From positions 1 to 64,000 of the IMG/VR virus record IMGVR_UViG_3300034121_000527: 64,000 nucleotides of DNA; one strand, 5' to 3'. Position 1 is the first letter of the stretch, and the number at the start of each line of letters is the position of its first letter. Positions 1 through 9,381 of this stretch are shown piece by piece. Below the pieces are notes generated by a model. The model saw only the letters and a list, made by a program, of their open reading frames with translations, searched no databases and had not been told where the DNA came from. Origin of the DNA: a virus. The translations under genes and the position numbers were made by a program.

Positions 1-154
1 TTGAAGTATTATTTGCATACAACCACACCTCGTCAATAATTGAAGACGAAGTTCCTGTTGCGTGAATGGTTGTGCCAGTTGAAGCAGTTTGAACTACTGT
101 GATGGGTTGTCCTTGTGTTGAACCACTCAGTAAAACTTTGCTAAATGTTGCCAT
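1..154 (-). CDS. Virion-associated hypothetical protein, 5' part only (runs off window)
   Basis: ATG at 154 after AGGAG SD; reads MATFSKVLLSGSTQGQPITVVQTASTGTTIHATG...DEVWLYANN with no stop. Confidence 0.7.
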   Translation of the reverse strand, partial: MATFSKVLLSGSTQGQPITVVQTASTGTTIHATGTSSSIIDEVWLYANNTS

Positions 155-163
155 GGTTACTCC

Positions 164-2782
164 TTAACCAAATACTTGATTTGCTATAATGTTTTGGTCG
201 CTTTCAAAACTACCACCAGCATTGGCAATCACAAACGCAGTCGTCGCTACTTTGGTTGAGTTATCGCCAACAGTCTGAGTTGTAGCGGTTACCGCTGATG
301 CTAATGCGCCAGTATAGGTTGTTGCAGTAATAGTCCCATTTACTTGAAGGGCTGTTGCTGGTGAAGCCGTACCAATACCAACATTGCCTGATGAGTCAAT
401 ACGCATCCGAACTGTGCTATTAGTAGTAAAGGCTAATGTAGTTGCACCTTCAGAACCAATAAACGGTGTATTGCCAGTAATAGAACCAAGCAGCAAACGA
501 CCACTTGTAGTAGTACCAAAAACACCCGACACATTGGCTTGCGAAGAAACTGTGTTGCTACCCAAAACTTCAAGTCTTGCCACTGGAACGGTAGTGGCGA
601 TACCAACATTGCCTGCGTTGGTAATACGCATACGCTCGGCGTTTACGGATGCGCCATTGGAAGTGGTGAAAAAAGTTATACGACCAGGAACACTACCTGT
701 TGCTACGGTACCATCAACATGAGCCGTAATTTGTGCTGCAATAGGGTCTAGTGTTGTTCCATCCGCACCAGCAAACATCAAATTTGCAATGCTGTCACCA
801 TCAACAAGTGCTGTTACTGCACCAGCAGCAGTGCCACGACTTTTACCCAGAACAAAACGCAGACCATTACTGTCGGCTCTGTTAAGAACAGAAGTAAATG
901 CAGTTAACCCACCGCTTCCTTGTTCATTGAAGATTTGGTTTACTACAGCATTTTGATAAGAACCACCAACACTTCTAGCACTGGTTGCACCAAGTAAAAT
1001 GTTTCCTGTTGAAACTGCCAAACCAGTTAAAGTACCGACACTAGTAATTGCTGTTTGAGCCGCACCAGTAACAGTTGCCGCACTACCAGTAGTGGAAATC
1101 GCCCAAGTGCCTGTTGCGTTTGTGCCGTCTGTCCACGCAATGTCTTTGAAGGTGGTGAACGCTGTGGCTGACCCGTATGCCTGCTGCCAGAGACGAAGCC
1201 CAAGGGCATCTTTTCGTAGGGCGAGCATGTTGTCGTTACCACCAGAAGCGTCGCTATATGTCCTGAATATAATTGCGTCAGCGTATGGGCCTGTGTTGTT
1301 GTTGTTCCATGATGTGAATGCTGTTGTGGCATAGTTCGCTGTAAAACTACTTGGGGCGGCAGTTCTATTGTCAACGCTTATTACTCGTGGAATAAAAATG
1401 TTGGCTGAACCGTTGAACGACACCCCGTTTATGTTGCGTGCTGTAGTTAAAGTCGCCGCGCTAGTCGCAGTGCTAGCGTTACCTGTTAATGCGCCAACGA
1501 AAGTTGGTGCTGTAACAGTCCCGGGAAATGTTGATGTGCCATCAGTGGCACATATTGTTGCTGTCTTTCTACCTGCCCATCCCGATACCCAGTTGTCAGG
1601 TGAACTATTTACCTGTAGCCCACTTTCTGCATTTACATATAAAAACTCATCCGTTTGTCCAGTAGCATACGAACTACTTTCGCCTGCATTTATAACAAGG
1701 TAATTTCCGTTTGATGTTCTCAACTCATTCGTGATAGTTGTTGAAGCAGTAGCCGTACCTGTAACATTCAATGAAGTCAGAGTACCAACACTAGTGATTG
1801 CTGTTTGAGCAGCACCAGTTACAGTTGCCGCAGTACCAGTAGTGTTTTGGTTGAGCGTAGGAATATCAGCAGCAACTATTGACCTAAATGTAGGAACTCC
1901 AGCAGTGCCATTGGGGGCCGCTAAAACATAGTTTGCAGTTTTGGATGCGTACGGGTTTTGTGTATCTCCATAACTAGCCGCTAAAGAAACGGTAGCCGAC
2001 GAACCTTCGCCAGCAGTATGCGCCACAGATACAGGACTTGTTCCAGAAATGCCCGACATGTAGTTACCTGTCGTGTCTGTACCAAGGTCAATAGCGTCAG
2101 CGACCCACAGTGAGCCGTTGTACTTTAAGAAGTCACCAGAAGCAGGTGAGGGCAGGCTCACATTATGTAGTTCATCTAGTTCATACCCATTTTGAGTAGC
2201 AACATAGATAATGCCGTTACTATTGGCTCGGACAACTACACCGATGAATACCAAGTGGTCTGGTGCTGCGGGCTTAGTTTTGGTAAATGCGCCAGCCTCG
2301 CCCAACCATAAAACATCTCCAGCGGTATATCCAACCGATAAATCAATACCATCTACATATCCACGGGTAACAATAGGCCCGTTGTTACTAGCGGTAATGT
2401 TTGCACCAACAACACCAATGGTCTTGGATGAGGTGGTATCACTGTTATTGTCTGCTCGTTTTACTGAGGCGTGGTCACCTGTTGCGCCAAATAAATAGAC
2501 GCAAGTACCAGTTGTAATAGTGGTTGCCTCAGCATTACGGACATAGGTAACTACTGGCGAATAATTATTAACCCAGTTAGTACCATCATAAGAAAGTCCT
2601 TGAAACTCTGCTGGTGATGTAATAACAACATCTGTAAGGTCGTTTAATGCCGCTACTGCTGATCCACCAGCAGAAGCCGCCCCAAACTTTGTGCCGTTAT
2701 ATTTAAGGACATCACCTGTTACAGCTCCCGCTGTATCAATTTCAATCCCTTTAACTTTAAGGGACTTTAAAAAGTTAGACAT
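164..2782 (-). CDS. Tail fibre / receptor-binding protein (872 aa)
   Basis: Gly/Thr/Ala-rich; repeated RMRIxxxGNVGIGT, LNDLTDV/LDELHNV and STKVATTAFV fibre motifs. Confidence 0.8.
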   Translation of the reverse strand: MSNFLKSLKVKGIEIDTAGAVTGDVLKYNGTKFGAASAGGSAVAALNDLTDVVITSPAEFQGLSYDGTNWVNNYSPVVTYVRNAEATTITTGTCVYLFGATGDHASVKRADNNSDTTSSKTIGVVGANITASNNGPIVTRGYVDGIDLSVGYTAGDVLWLGEAGAFTKTKPAAPDHLVFIGVVVRANSNGIIYVATQNGYELDELHNVSLPSPASGDFLKYNGSLWVADAIDLGTDTTGNYMSGISGTSPVSVAHTAGEGSSATVSLAASYGDTQNPYASKTANYVLAAPNGTAGVPTFRSIVAADIPTLNQNTTGTAATVTGAAQTAITSVGTLTSLNVTGTATASTTITNELRTSNGNYLVINAGESSSYATGQTDEFLYVNAESGLQVNSSPDNWVSGWAGRKTATICATDGTSTFPGTVTAPTFVGALTGNASTATSAATLTTARNINGVSFNGSANIFIPRVISVDNRTAAPSSFTANYATTAFTSWNNNNTGPYADAIIFRTYSDASGGNDNMLALRKDALGLRLWQQAYGSATAFTTFKDIAWTDGTNATGTWAISTTGSAATVTGAAQTAITSVGTLTGLAVSTGNILLGATSARSVGGSYQNAVVNQIFNEQGSGGLTAFTSVLNRADSNGLRFVLGKSRGTAAGAVTALVDGDSIANLMFAGADGTTLDPIAAQITAHVDGTVATGSVPGRITFFTTSNGASVNAERMRITNAGNVGIATTVPVARLEVLGSNTVSSQANVSGVFGTTTSGRLLLGSITGNTPFIGSEGATTLAFTTNSTVRMRIDSSGNVGIGTASPATALQVNGTITATTYTGALASAVTATTQTVGDNSTKVATTAFVIANAGGSFESDQNIIANQVFG

Positions 2783-2802
2783 TGTTGTCCTTTAATGACA
2801 GA

Positions 2803-4236
2803 TTAAGCAAGAATGACGACTCGGTATTGGTTGGCAGTCGGAGCAGTTGCAAAGTATACAGTTGTTGTAGAACTGGTATTAACAACATCAGCGTACACAA
2901 CTTCTCCCGTGGAAACTTCATATACCGACACGGAAATGTCTGCTGTACCAAGTCCATGGGTAAGTGCATAAGAAGTAGCACTAGTGGCTAAGGTTTCAGC
3001 ATGCTTTTTCTTTGTCCAAACTGGTGCGCTTGCTCCTGCGGTAAGTACATGTCCTGAAGTGCCTAATCCAAGGGTCGTGGTTGTTGCAGAACCAGTCTGG
3101 TAAACAATTGAACCAGCGGCACCACCAGTAACATTGGTAGCAGTAGTAGCGGTTGATGAGTTACCCGTGTACTGAGTAGCAGATAGAACTTGCGTACCAG
3201 CAATCTTTAGGACTTTACCCGATGCAAGGTCAATGTGCTCTGAAGAAGTCCATGAACTAGTTGCAGACACCCAGTTCCAGGTTTTGTTTCCATCTACACC
3301 ACCTGCAACAGTGATACCTCCACCATTTGCGGTGCTGTTGGTTGGGGTAGTTACTGAACCTAGAACAATGTTTATGTCGTCTACGGTGACAGTAGTGCTA
3401 TTAATAGTAGTGGTTGTACCGTTTACAACTAGGTCACCAGCAATTGTTACCGTACCTGCGGCATTACCAATGTTGACCGCAGTAGCCGCACCAGCAAAGT
3501 TTACTGTTGTTGCTGCTGTGTTGATTAGGTCGAAAGAAGTGCTTGCAGTAGTAAGTGAGGTAGTAATTGCGGGGCTAGTACCAAAGACAAGTGCTCCAGT
3601 ACCAGTTTCACCTGTAACTGCAGATGCTAAGTTTGCAGAAGATGGAGTAGCCAGGAATGTGGCAACCCCAGTTCCAAGACCCGAAATACCAGTTGCAACG
3701 GGGAGACCCGTTGCGTTAGTCAATATTGAACCAGCACCAACTGTACCAAGAACGGGGCTAACAAATGTTGGACTGTTGGCAAATACCAATGCTCCAGTAC
3801 CAGTTTCGTCCGAAATTACCCCTGCTAGCTGGGAAGATGTAGTTGCAGCAAATTGCGCCAAAGTATTAGTGGTTAGGGCCACATTAGAAATTGCGCCACT
3901 AGAACCGTTAACCGTAGTTACACCAGTCGTTGAAGTCAAATAAGTGTTGGTATCAACAGTCCAAGTACCTGAACCATTTGTCTTGAGGAACCCTGCGGTA
4001 CCTGTAAGGCTGGCAATAGCCGTAAGGTCAACGTCTGATGGTTGGTAAGTTCCTGAAGCACCTGCTGATATGGTTACCCAGGATGTACCGTTATGGAATT
4101 TAACTACATTACTACCGGTATCATAGTAAATCCCACCTGCGGTGGCGCTGGTTGTGGGAGCAACGGCTAAGTTTTGCAACTTAATATTTCGTAATTCATT
4201 GCCATTAAGATCAACATTATTTAAAAATTTAGACAT
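2803..4236 (-). CDS. Tail fibre-like structural protein (477 aa)
   Basis: SDETGTGALVFA repeats, GDLVVNGTTTTINSTTVTVDD motif; in tail-fibre cluster. Confidence 0.75.
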   Translation of the reverse strand: MSKFLNNVDLNGNELRNIKLQNLAVAPTTSATAGGIYYDTGSNVVKFHNGTSWVTISAGASGTYQPSDVDLTAIASLTGTAGFLKTNGSGTWTVDTNTYLTSTTGVTTVNGSSGAISNVALTTNTLAQFAATTSSQLAGVISDETGTGALVFANSPTFVSPVLGTVGAGSILTNATGLPVATGISGLGTGVATFLATPSSANLASAVTGETGTGALVFGTSPAITTSLTTASTSFDLINTAATTVNFAGAATAVNIGNAAGTVTIAGDLVVNGTTTTINSTTVTVDDINIVLGSVTTPTNSTANGGGITVAGGVDGNKTWNWVSATSSWTSSEHIDLASGKVLKIAGTQVLSATQYTGNSSTATTATNVTGGAAGSIVYQTGSATTTTLGLGTSGHVLTAGASAPVWTKKKHAETLATSATSYALTHGLGTADISVSVYEVSTGEVVYADVVNTSSTTTVYFATAPTANQYRVVILA

Positions 4237-4242
4237 GGTACC

Positions 4243-4698
4243 TCACGATAGATAAGCCGATCCCCCAAATGGGGATGAAAATGAAACTGTTAAAACATTC
4301 GCTGACACATAGTTTACATCACCTACAACATGGTTGCCGCCGCTGTCAACAACTGAAACAGAGGGGGGAAATCCAAGATTATGGGTAATTGTCCAATTTG
4401 CTGATGAAACACTTTGTATATGGGTATAATTACCAGATATTGGTAAAACCAAGTTAAGAACTTGAGCCGGGGTAGTTCCTGTAATGGTTGCAGAAGCTTC
4501 ACCTAAGGTAACAGTGCCAACTGTTAGGACATTAGAGGGGCCTGTAGCACCAGTAGCACCCGTAGCGCCAGTAGGACCAGTTAACGTTTGTGTTTGAAGT
4601 TTCCATGCGCTAATGGTGGTCGAATAAATCCATGTCTTATCGCCACTTGTAAATGTTTGATTGTTTGTTGGGGATGCTGGGAAATCTATAGCAGCCAT
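4243..4698 (-). CDS. Short collagen-repeat virion protein
   Basis: Start MAAIDFPASPTNNQ; GPTGATGATGATGP repeat; C-terminal WTITHNLG domain. Confidence 0.7.
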   Translation of the reverse strand: MAAIDFPASPTNNQTFTSGDKTWIYSTTISAWKLQTQTLTGPTGATGATGATGPSNVLTVGTVTLGEASATITGTTPAQVLNLVLPISGNYTHIQSVSSANWTITHNLGFPPSVSVVDSGGNHVVGDVNYVSANVLTVSFSSPFGGSAYLS

Positions 4699-4699
4699 T

Positions 4700-4924
4700 T
4701 TATGGACTTTCTGGGAAGTCAACGGCAGGGGCTGGTGTCCAAGTAGCGGGGAAGTCACGCAATGTTTGGCGGTAGGTCGCCCATGCTGTTTTGTCGGTTG
4801 GTGTGTCTGGGATCATCGCCCAATCAGATTCGACTAGGAGTGCGTCACGGCGTAAACGCATGCGCTCTAGGAGCCATTCATTGGGTACTGAAGTTTCGTT
4901 TTCTGCCAATAGGTTCATGTTCAT
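4700..4924 (-). CDS. Phage tail (fibre) assembly chaperone
   Basis: RxRRDALLxESDW...W..YRQxLRDxP signature. Confidence 0.8.
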   Translation of the reverse strand: MNMNLLAENETSVPNEWLLERMRLRRDALLVESDWAMIPDTPTDKTAWATYRQTLRDFPATWTPAPAVDFPESP

Positions 4925-5688
4925 GCTGCCTTATAATACATGTTCCACCAAAGGATGTCATTTTCATCCCAAGTAATTGGTGCAGTATCAGTAATTGATG
5001 CGTTACTTAAGTAAGTACCCGAAGCGTCTAGGACTTGTAAAACAACACGGTTGGGGACATCACTAACTCCTGCTGTAGTAACAATCCCAGCATAACCTGT
5101 TGTTGCTGAAGTATCACGAATACCAACTTGACCGATAACAGTTCCAGGGAAATTTCCTGAAACAGTCGCATCTATGTTTACGGGAATTATCATTACGACA
5201 GGACCAAAAGCACTCACGGTAGTTGTACTACCAAAGACTACACGGCCCCAAACATGAACAAAGTCGTTTACACGACAATACGAACCTGTGGCTGTGCCAT
5301 TACCAATAGTCAAGCCAGCACTGAAAGTTGGGATGAAGGTTGGTGTATAAGAGGTGTAGATGCCAAATGAACCACCAATGTTTGCATTACCAAACTCAAC
5401 CCATTGTGTTGTATTACCATCGTTATAATAAATGTAAGTTCTACCATCATCTGAGTTAAACCAAACATCACGTACTGATGGAGATGTTGGAGTTGTCGCA
5501 GAAACAATATAAGTTGTATTACTTTCCCAACTTCTGACACCGGAAGTATTTGACGTTAAAACTTTTCCTGAAATGTCTGGAACTCCTAAGTCGGGCTCAG
5601 CATCCGCCAAATTAAGAAATTCATATCTATTAGCGGGGACTAAAGTAGGTGGAGTTTTCTTTACTTTCCCAGATTTAATCTCAGCCAT
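4921..5688 (-). CDS. Tail fibre-associated protein
   Basis: WFNSDDGRTYIYY motif plus C-terminal beta-rich domain; overlaps chaperone start. Confidence 0.65.
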   Translation of the reverse strand: MAEIKSGKVKKTPPTLVPANRYEFLNLADAEPDLGVPDISGKVLTSNTSGVRSWESNTTYIVSATTPTSPSVRDVWFNSDDGRTYIYYNDGNTTQWVEFGNANIGGSFGIYTSYTPTFIPTFSAGLTIGNGTATGSYCRVNDFVHVWGRVVFGSTTTVSAFGPVVMIIPVNIDATVSGNFPGTVIGQVGIRDTSATTGYAGIVTTAGVSDVPNRVVLQVLDASGTYLSNASITDTAPITWDENDILWWNMYYKAA

Positions 5689-6013
5689 TTGAAGTTTCCA
5701 AAATACTCAATACTACTTTGACTGAACTACTCGCAACATTAGCACTAGCCGTTATAGACTGTCCTGTTTCAAGCACTAATTTTCCTGTTGTTGCAGAAAC
5801 TGCGTCATTTGGTGGAATAGAAAAATCTTTCAATAATTCAGTAGTTGTTACACCACTAACATGTGAAAATGTAATTGTTTTAGTTGCAGAAGTTATGTTA
5901 CTAACTTGCGCCATCAATATGATTGATGTATACCCCGTTGGAGCTGTATAAAGAGTCGTGGATGTAGTTAGAAGACTAGCAGTAACTGTTTTAAAAACAT
6001 TTAATTGAGCCAT
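5681..6013 (-). CDS. Virion-associated hypothetical protein
   Basis: TTLYTAP...GKLVLETG motif typical of small tail-region proteins. Confidence 0.7.
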   Translation of the reverse strand: MAQLNVFKTVTASLLTTSTTLYTAPTGYTSIILMAQVSNITSATKTITFSHVSGVTTTELLKDFSIPPNDAVSATTGKLVLETGQSITASANVASSSVKVVLSILETSNG

Positions 6014-6015
6014 TT

Positions 6016-6309
6016 TTAACCTTCTTCTACGCTATTAGGAAATTCGTCGCCAATATTAAATAAATGTTTAATTGATGAATCAAATGCATACATGTCGCCT
6101 TGTGCAACTTTATGAACTTCTGGGTTATTGTGGAACACAGAGTAAACGAGAGACCTAAGAGATTTTTCCACTATTTCCATAGTAGCTTCATCAAATTCTA
6201 ACAATACTTTCTCTAATTCGTTTTCTATTGATTTTTCTACAAATGCTCGTAACTCACGTACTGTTGGGGACGTTGTTGCTGGCATTGACTGGGGGTCAAA
6301 CTTTTTCAT
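6016..6309 (-). CDS. Hypothetical protein
   Basis: ORF tightly packed in operon. Confidence 0.6.
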   Translation of the reverse strand: MKKFDPQSMPATTSPTVRELRAFVEKSIENELEKVLLEFDEATMEIVEKSLRSLVYSVFHNNPEVHKVAQGDMYAFDSSIKHLFNIGDEFPNSVEEG

Positions 6310-6311
6310 TT

Positions 6312-7616
6312 TTAACCTTCCAGAGCTAAGATATACGGGGTCATGATTGCAAAAAGACTTCTTTCAAAGGCTACACCTTCAATTGTGCCACTACCTCTAT
6401 CAACTTTTAAATCAGTACCAATTCTGAAGTCACCTTTTTGGTCGGTGCTAGTAAAAAAGACTTGTCCACCACCTGTCTGAATAACTTCTTTTGATTGATC
6501 TGGTATTCCACCAAATTGTGGACGAGAAGTTACTAAATCAGTACCAGAACCACAGTACTCAAAAGTGTGATTGGATGCCATAATTCGGCTTGCTTGATAA
6601 AACTTTGCTGTAGTCCCATTCGCAACAGCAGTTACTAATCGCTGGTCAAGGGATATCGTTGATGAACCCGAAGAAATGGCCGTTGCACCATCTATAGAAT
6701 AGTATGTTGTTCCGTTATCAAATGTTACTACGTTATTCAAATAAGGTGTATGACTAAGGCCGTTTATGGTAATTGTAGAAGAAGTTGCTGGAGTGGCTGC
6801 TGCTGCGGTACCTGAGTATAAAAGACCGCTAACACCTATAGCCTTTAATCCATAATTGCCAAAAGATGTATCTGACCCAATTAGGGAACAAAAACCACCA
6901 CTTTCACACAGCACACTTACATCGCAACAAATTGTATAAATAGCAATCAACTGTGCGTATCCACTATTAATTATATGAATACCTTTGCCACCAAGATTTA
7001 TTTGTGTAAATTGGCCGGCAAGCATTGATTTTCCGCCAGTAACAACAGAACCATCAATGCGCATTCCCGTGCCAGTAGTTGTATATGAGGAGCAATCAAA
7101 TACGTAGGGGCTTTGATATATGTTTCCAGCAGAACCGTTTGGGTTGTAAGCTATTGCTGCTGCTGGGGACACATGGTCTTTGAATGTAAATCCAGTAATG
7201 TACGAAGCATTGTTAACATACAAAATGTCTTGGCCAGTATTTAATGGTCTGATTGTTGTAGATCGTGCGCTATCGCCAATAAGTGAAACTTTTACAGGAA
7301 CTGTTAGCGGGTTGTTTTCTGTGTAGTCGCCACTTTTAACAAATACAGTGGTGTCAGAAGTAGCAATTGCTAATGCTGCTTTGATTGTAAGTTTGGCTTT
7401 TCTCAGGGTTGTACCGTCGTTAGAGTCGTTTCCACTTTTAGATACATAAAGAACATTTAAAGCAATTGATTGTTCTGTAGGACCAGTAGGACCAGCTACT
7501 CCAGGATCATGTATTTCTAATATCCCTTCTAAGGGTTTAGAAACACTTGAAACCGTAGTTGTCTTAGTTACTGTAGTGTATTTACTTGCTGGTTTTGAAA
7601 CTTCTACAGTACTCAT
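6312..7616 (-). CDS. Structural protein with pectin-lyase-like beta-helix
   Basis: YVSKSGNDSNDG...VFVKSGDYTE and STDQKGDFRIG motifs. Confidence 0.7.
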   Translation of the reverse strand: MSTVEVSKPASKYTTVTKTTTVSSVSKPLEGILEIHDPGVAGPTGPTEQSIALNVLYVSKSGNDSNDGTTLRKAKLTIKAALAIATSDTTVFVKSGDYTENNPLTVPVKVSLIGDSARSTTIRPLNTGQDILYVNNASYITGFTFKDHVSPAAAIAYNPNGSAGNIYQSPYVFDCSSYTTTGTGMRIDGSVVTGGKSMLAGQFTQINLGGKGIHIINSGYAQLIAIYTICCDVSVLCESGGFCSLIGSDTSFGNYGLKAIGVSGLLYSGTAAAATPATSSTITINGLSHTPYLNNVVTFDNGTTYYSIDGATAISSGSSTISLDQRLVTAVANGTTAKFYQASRIMASNHTFEYCGSGTDLVTSRPQFGGIPDQSKEVIQTGGGQVFFTSTDQKGDFRIGTDLKVDRGSGTIEGVAFERSLFAIMTPYILALEG

Positions 7617-8350
7617 GTTGGGGGAGCCGATACTGCTGCTTCAACCACTACCGTTCCAGAAGCTAGGCAATCCCAATCTCCTGCTGAGTCTTTTACAAAC
7701 ATGTCGAATGAGTGAATACCTGCAGGTACGGTGTTTTTATCTGATATATGCAATTCTAAGGTTGCACCTGCTATTGGGGCTATATAACCACGACGATTTC
7801 CGGTCAGGGCTACAACAGTCTCTTCTGATGGCTTGGTAGCATACCAACGAAGGTCAAGTACAGTAGCACCAGTACTATCTTTTGCCTGCATAAAGGCATC
7901 TTGTACAGAGATAATAGTGTCTGTAGAGTCACGCCAAGTAAAGTTACGACGGAAATCAACACGCTGTTTAAATCTGATTTCCATAGCTTGCGTATCCTCC
8001 AAAGGCGTAACATTATTTAGTGCTGTAACACTAAGTGTACCTGCTGCAACAGGCCTTGTTATCTGGTCACTTGCACCATCATAGGGTGCTTTCCTAGCGT
8101 AAGTAGCTAAAACATCATAACTCAAGTCACCTACTGGCAAATCTGCAGTATCTTCTTCAGTTAGGGCTATCATAATTCCACCTTCTGAAGTAATGATAGT
8201 AGTCATTTCTTTACGGCCAGTTATGCTAGTTTGTACACTAGCACGTGCACTAATCGGTCGGATAACACGATGCGTGCGCTTATCCTTCACAATAATGAGT
8301 CTTTCCCACGGTAGACCTTTAGATATAGAATAGTTAACTTTATTTGTCAT
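7613..8350 (-). CDS. Tail/baseplate adaptor-like protein (two BppU-like halves)
   Basis: Duplicated L..E.T..LP.G...YD / H.FD motifs; leaderless promoter upstream. Confidence 0.5.
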   Translation of the reverse strand: MTNKVNYSISKGLPWERLIIVKDKRTHRVIRPISARASVQTSITGRKEMTTIITSEGGIMIALTEEDTADLPVGDLSYDVLATYARKAPYDGASDQITRPVAAGTLSVTALNNVTPLEDTQAMEIRFKQRVDFRRNFTWRDSTDTIISVQDAFMQAKDSTGATVLDLRWYATKPSEETVVALTGNRRGYIAPIAGATLELHISDKNTVPAGIHSFDMFVKDSAGDWDCLASGTVVVEAAVSAPPT

Positions 8351-8375
8351 AGGACCATTCTACCTCGTGGAGTAC

Positions 8376-8404
8376 AGGGTGGGCCACCCTCAGATAGCCC
8401 ACCC
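8376..8404 (-). terminator. Hairpin after holin-like gene (possible terminator)
   Basis: AGGGTGGGC...GCCCACCCT inverted repeat; no strong U-tract. Confidence 0.35.
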
Positions 8405-8427
8405 TTAACCGGATTCCGTTCTAATAA

Positions 8428-8700
8428 TTATACACTGCGCTTAGAGCGTGGTTTAGTAACTTTTAATTCAGGAAGTGCTTTAGTATTTTCAATGTTAGTA
8501 ACTCGAGAATCTATTCGATCTACTTTCCCATCTATTTTGTCTATTTTCCAATTCATTTGGTCAACTTTGATATCTAACTTATCAAGTATTTTCATATTTT
8601 GACCGTGTTGTTCTGTGTTTCGCTTATCAAAACGACTGAGGAACCACATAACTGGTCCTCCAATTAACGCAACTACGATGGGAATGTATATCGGTTCCAT
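8428..8700 (-). CDS. Small membrane protein with coiled coil (holin-like)
   Basis: N-terminal hydrophobic helix IPIVVALIGGPVMW then KIDKIDGKVDRID heptads. Confidence 0.6.
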   Translation of the reverse strand: MEPIYIPIVVALIGGPVMWFLSRFDKRNTEQHGQNMKILDKLDIKVDQMNWKIDKIDGKVDRIDSRVTNIENTKALPELKVTKPRSKRSV

Positions 8701-9380
8701 TTACTTTTCTACTTTCTTTTTATAAATAAGTGCTATAACCTGGTCATCAGCTAGTTTATTAAATACTTATTCACTAAAAACAACGTAGATTGATTCCCCG
8801 GTTAGTGAACTTACCTATATAAATTCTACTATGTTAGTAACGCCTTAGTCATGTATTTTGGAAATTGATGATACTAACATCAACTTATTAAATGTATCGG
8901 ATGTATGGTTCTCCGGATTCATTATTTCTTCTTTTGGCTGATTTGTACTCGTCGTAGGCAAGTTGGTATAAGTGGTGAAAGTTGTCACCATTGTCGTAAT
9001 TTCTGGTAATGTCATCAAGTGTTTCGGGAAAAAGGGACTTAAAGTAGTTGTAGGAGCTAGAGAAGTCTGCGGGGGCTCCACAATTGTCACAGATTGGCTC
9101 ATCGTAGGCATTGTAGCAGTAACCACAGTGTCCACAATAGTAGTTGTTGTAGTTACTTATATTACAGGGGCAGTCGTCGTTGGGGCAATAGTAATAGTTG
9201 TCGTCGTCGGTTCCGTGGATGTTGTAGTTTCCGGACATGTTGTTGGTGTCTCCGTTGTAGTTGAGGAAGTTGTTGTAGGCAATTATGGAAGGGTCGTCGT
9301 CGTAGATACTTCGGGTGGTAGCGATGTTGTCACCTCAGTTGTAGTCGTTGTATTTACTGGATTACCGTTAAAGGATAACA
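8701..9380 (-). pseudogene. Decayed Thr/Pro-rich (mucin-like linker) gene
   Basis: One frame reads TTTTTEVTT...PETTTSTEPTTTT...VFNKLADDQVIAL with five internal stops and no start codon. Confidence 0.7.
8888..9238 (-). CDS. Possible overprinted Cys/Asn/Tyr-rich ORF (116 aa) in alternative frame of pseudogene
   Basis: Open frame with GGAG ~11 nt upstream; CxxC pairs; composition also explicable as frame shadow. Confidence 0.3.
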   Translation of the reverse strand: MSGNYNIHGTDDDNYYYCPNDDCPCNISNYNNYYCGHCGYCYNAYDEPICDNCGAPADFSSSYNYFKSLFPETLDDITRNYDNGDNFHHLYQLAYDEYKSAKRRNNESGEPYIRYI

Positions 9381-9381
9381 G

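Noticed and set aside
384-3943. Plus-strand ORFs opposite the tail-fibre genes (and similar antisense ORFs such as 8972-9400, 35307-36029, 38478-42794)
   Set aside because: Val/Pro/Ala-rich shadows of biased sense-strand codons; no SD or recognisable motifs.
8888-9340. AAC/TAC-rich tract as a diversity-generating retroelement template repeat
   Set aside because: No reverse transcriptase or matching variable repeat seen in the window; the composition is explained by shifted Thr codons.
8701-9380. Stop-codon reassignment or readthrough explaining the in-frame stops
   Set aside because: TAA and TAG terminate many well-recognised genes in this window, no suppressor tRNA is present, and the region has no start codon.
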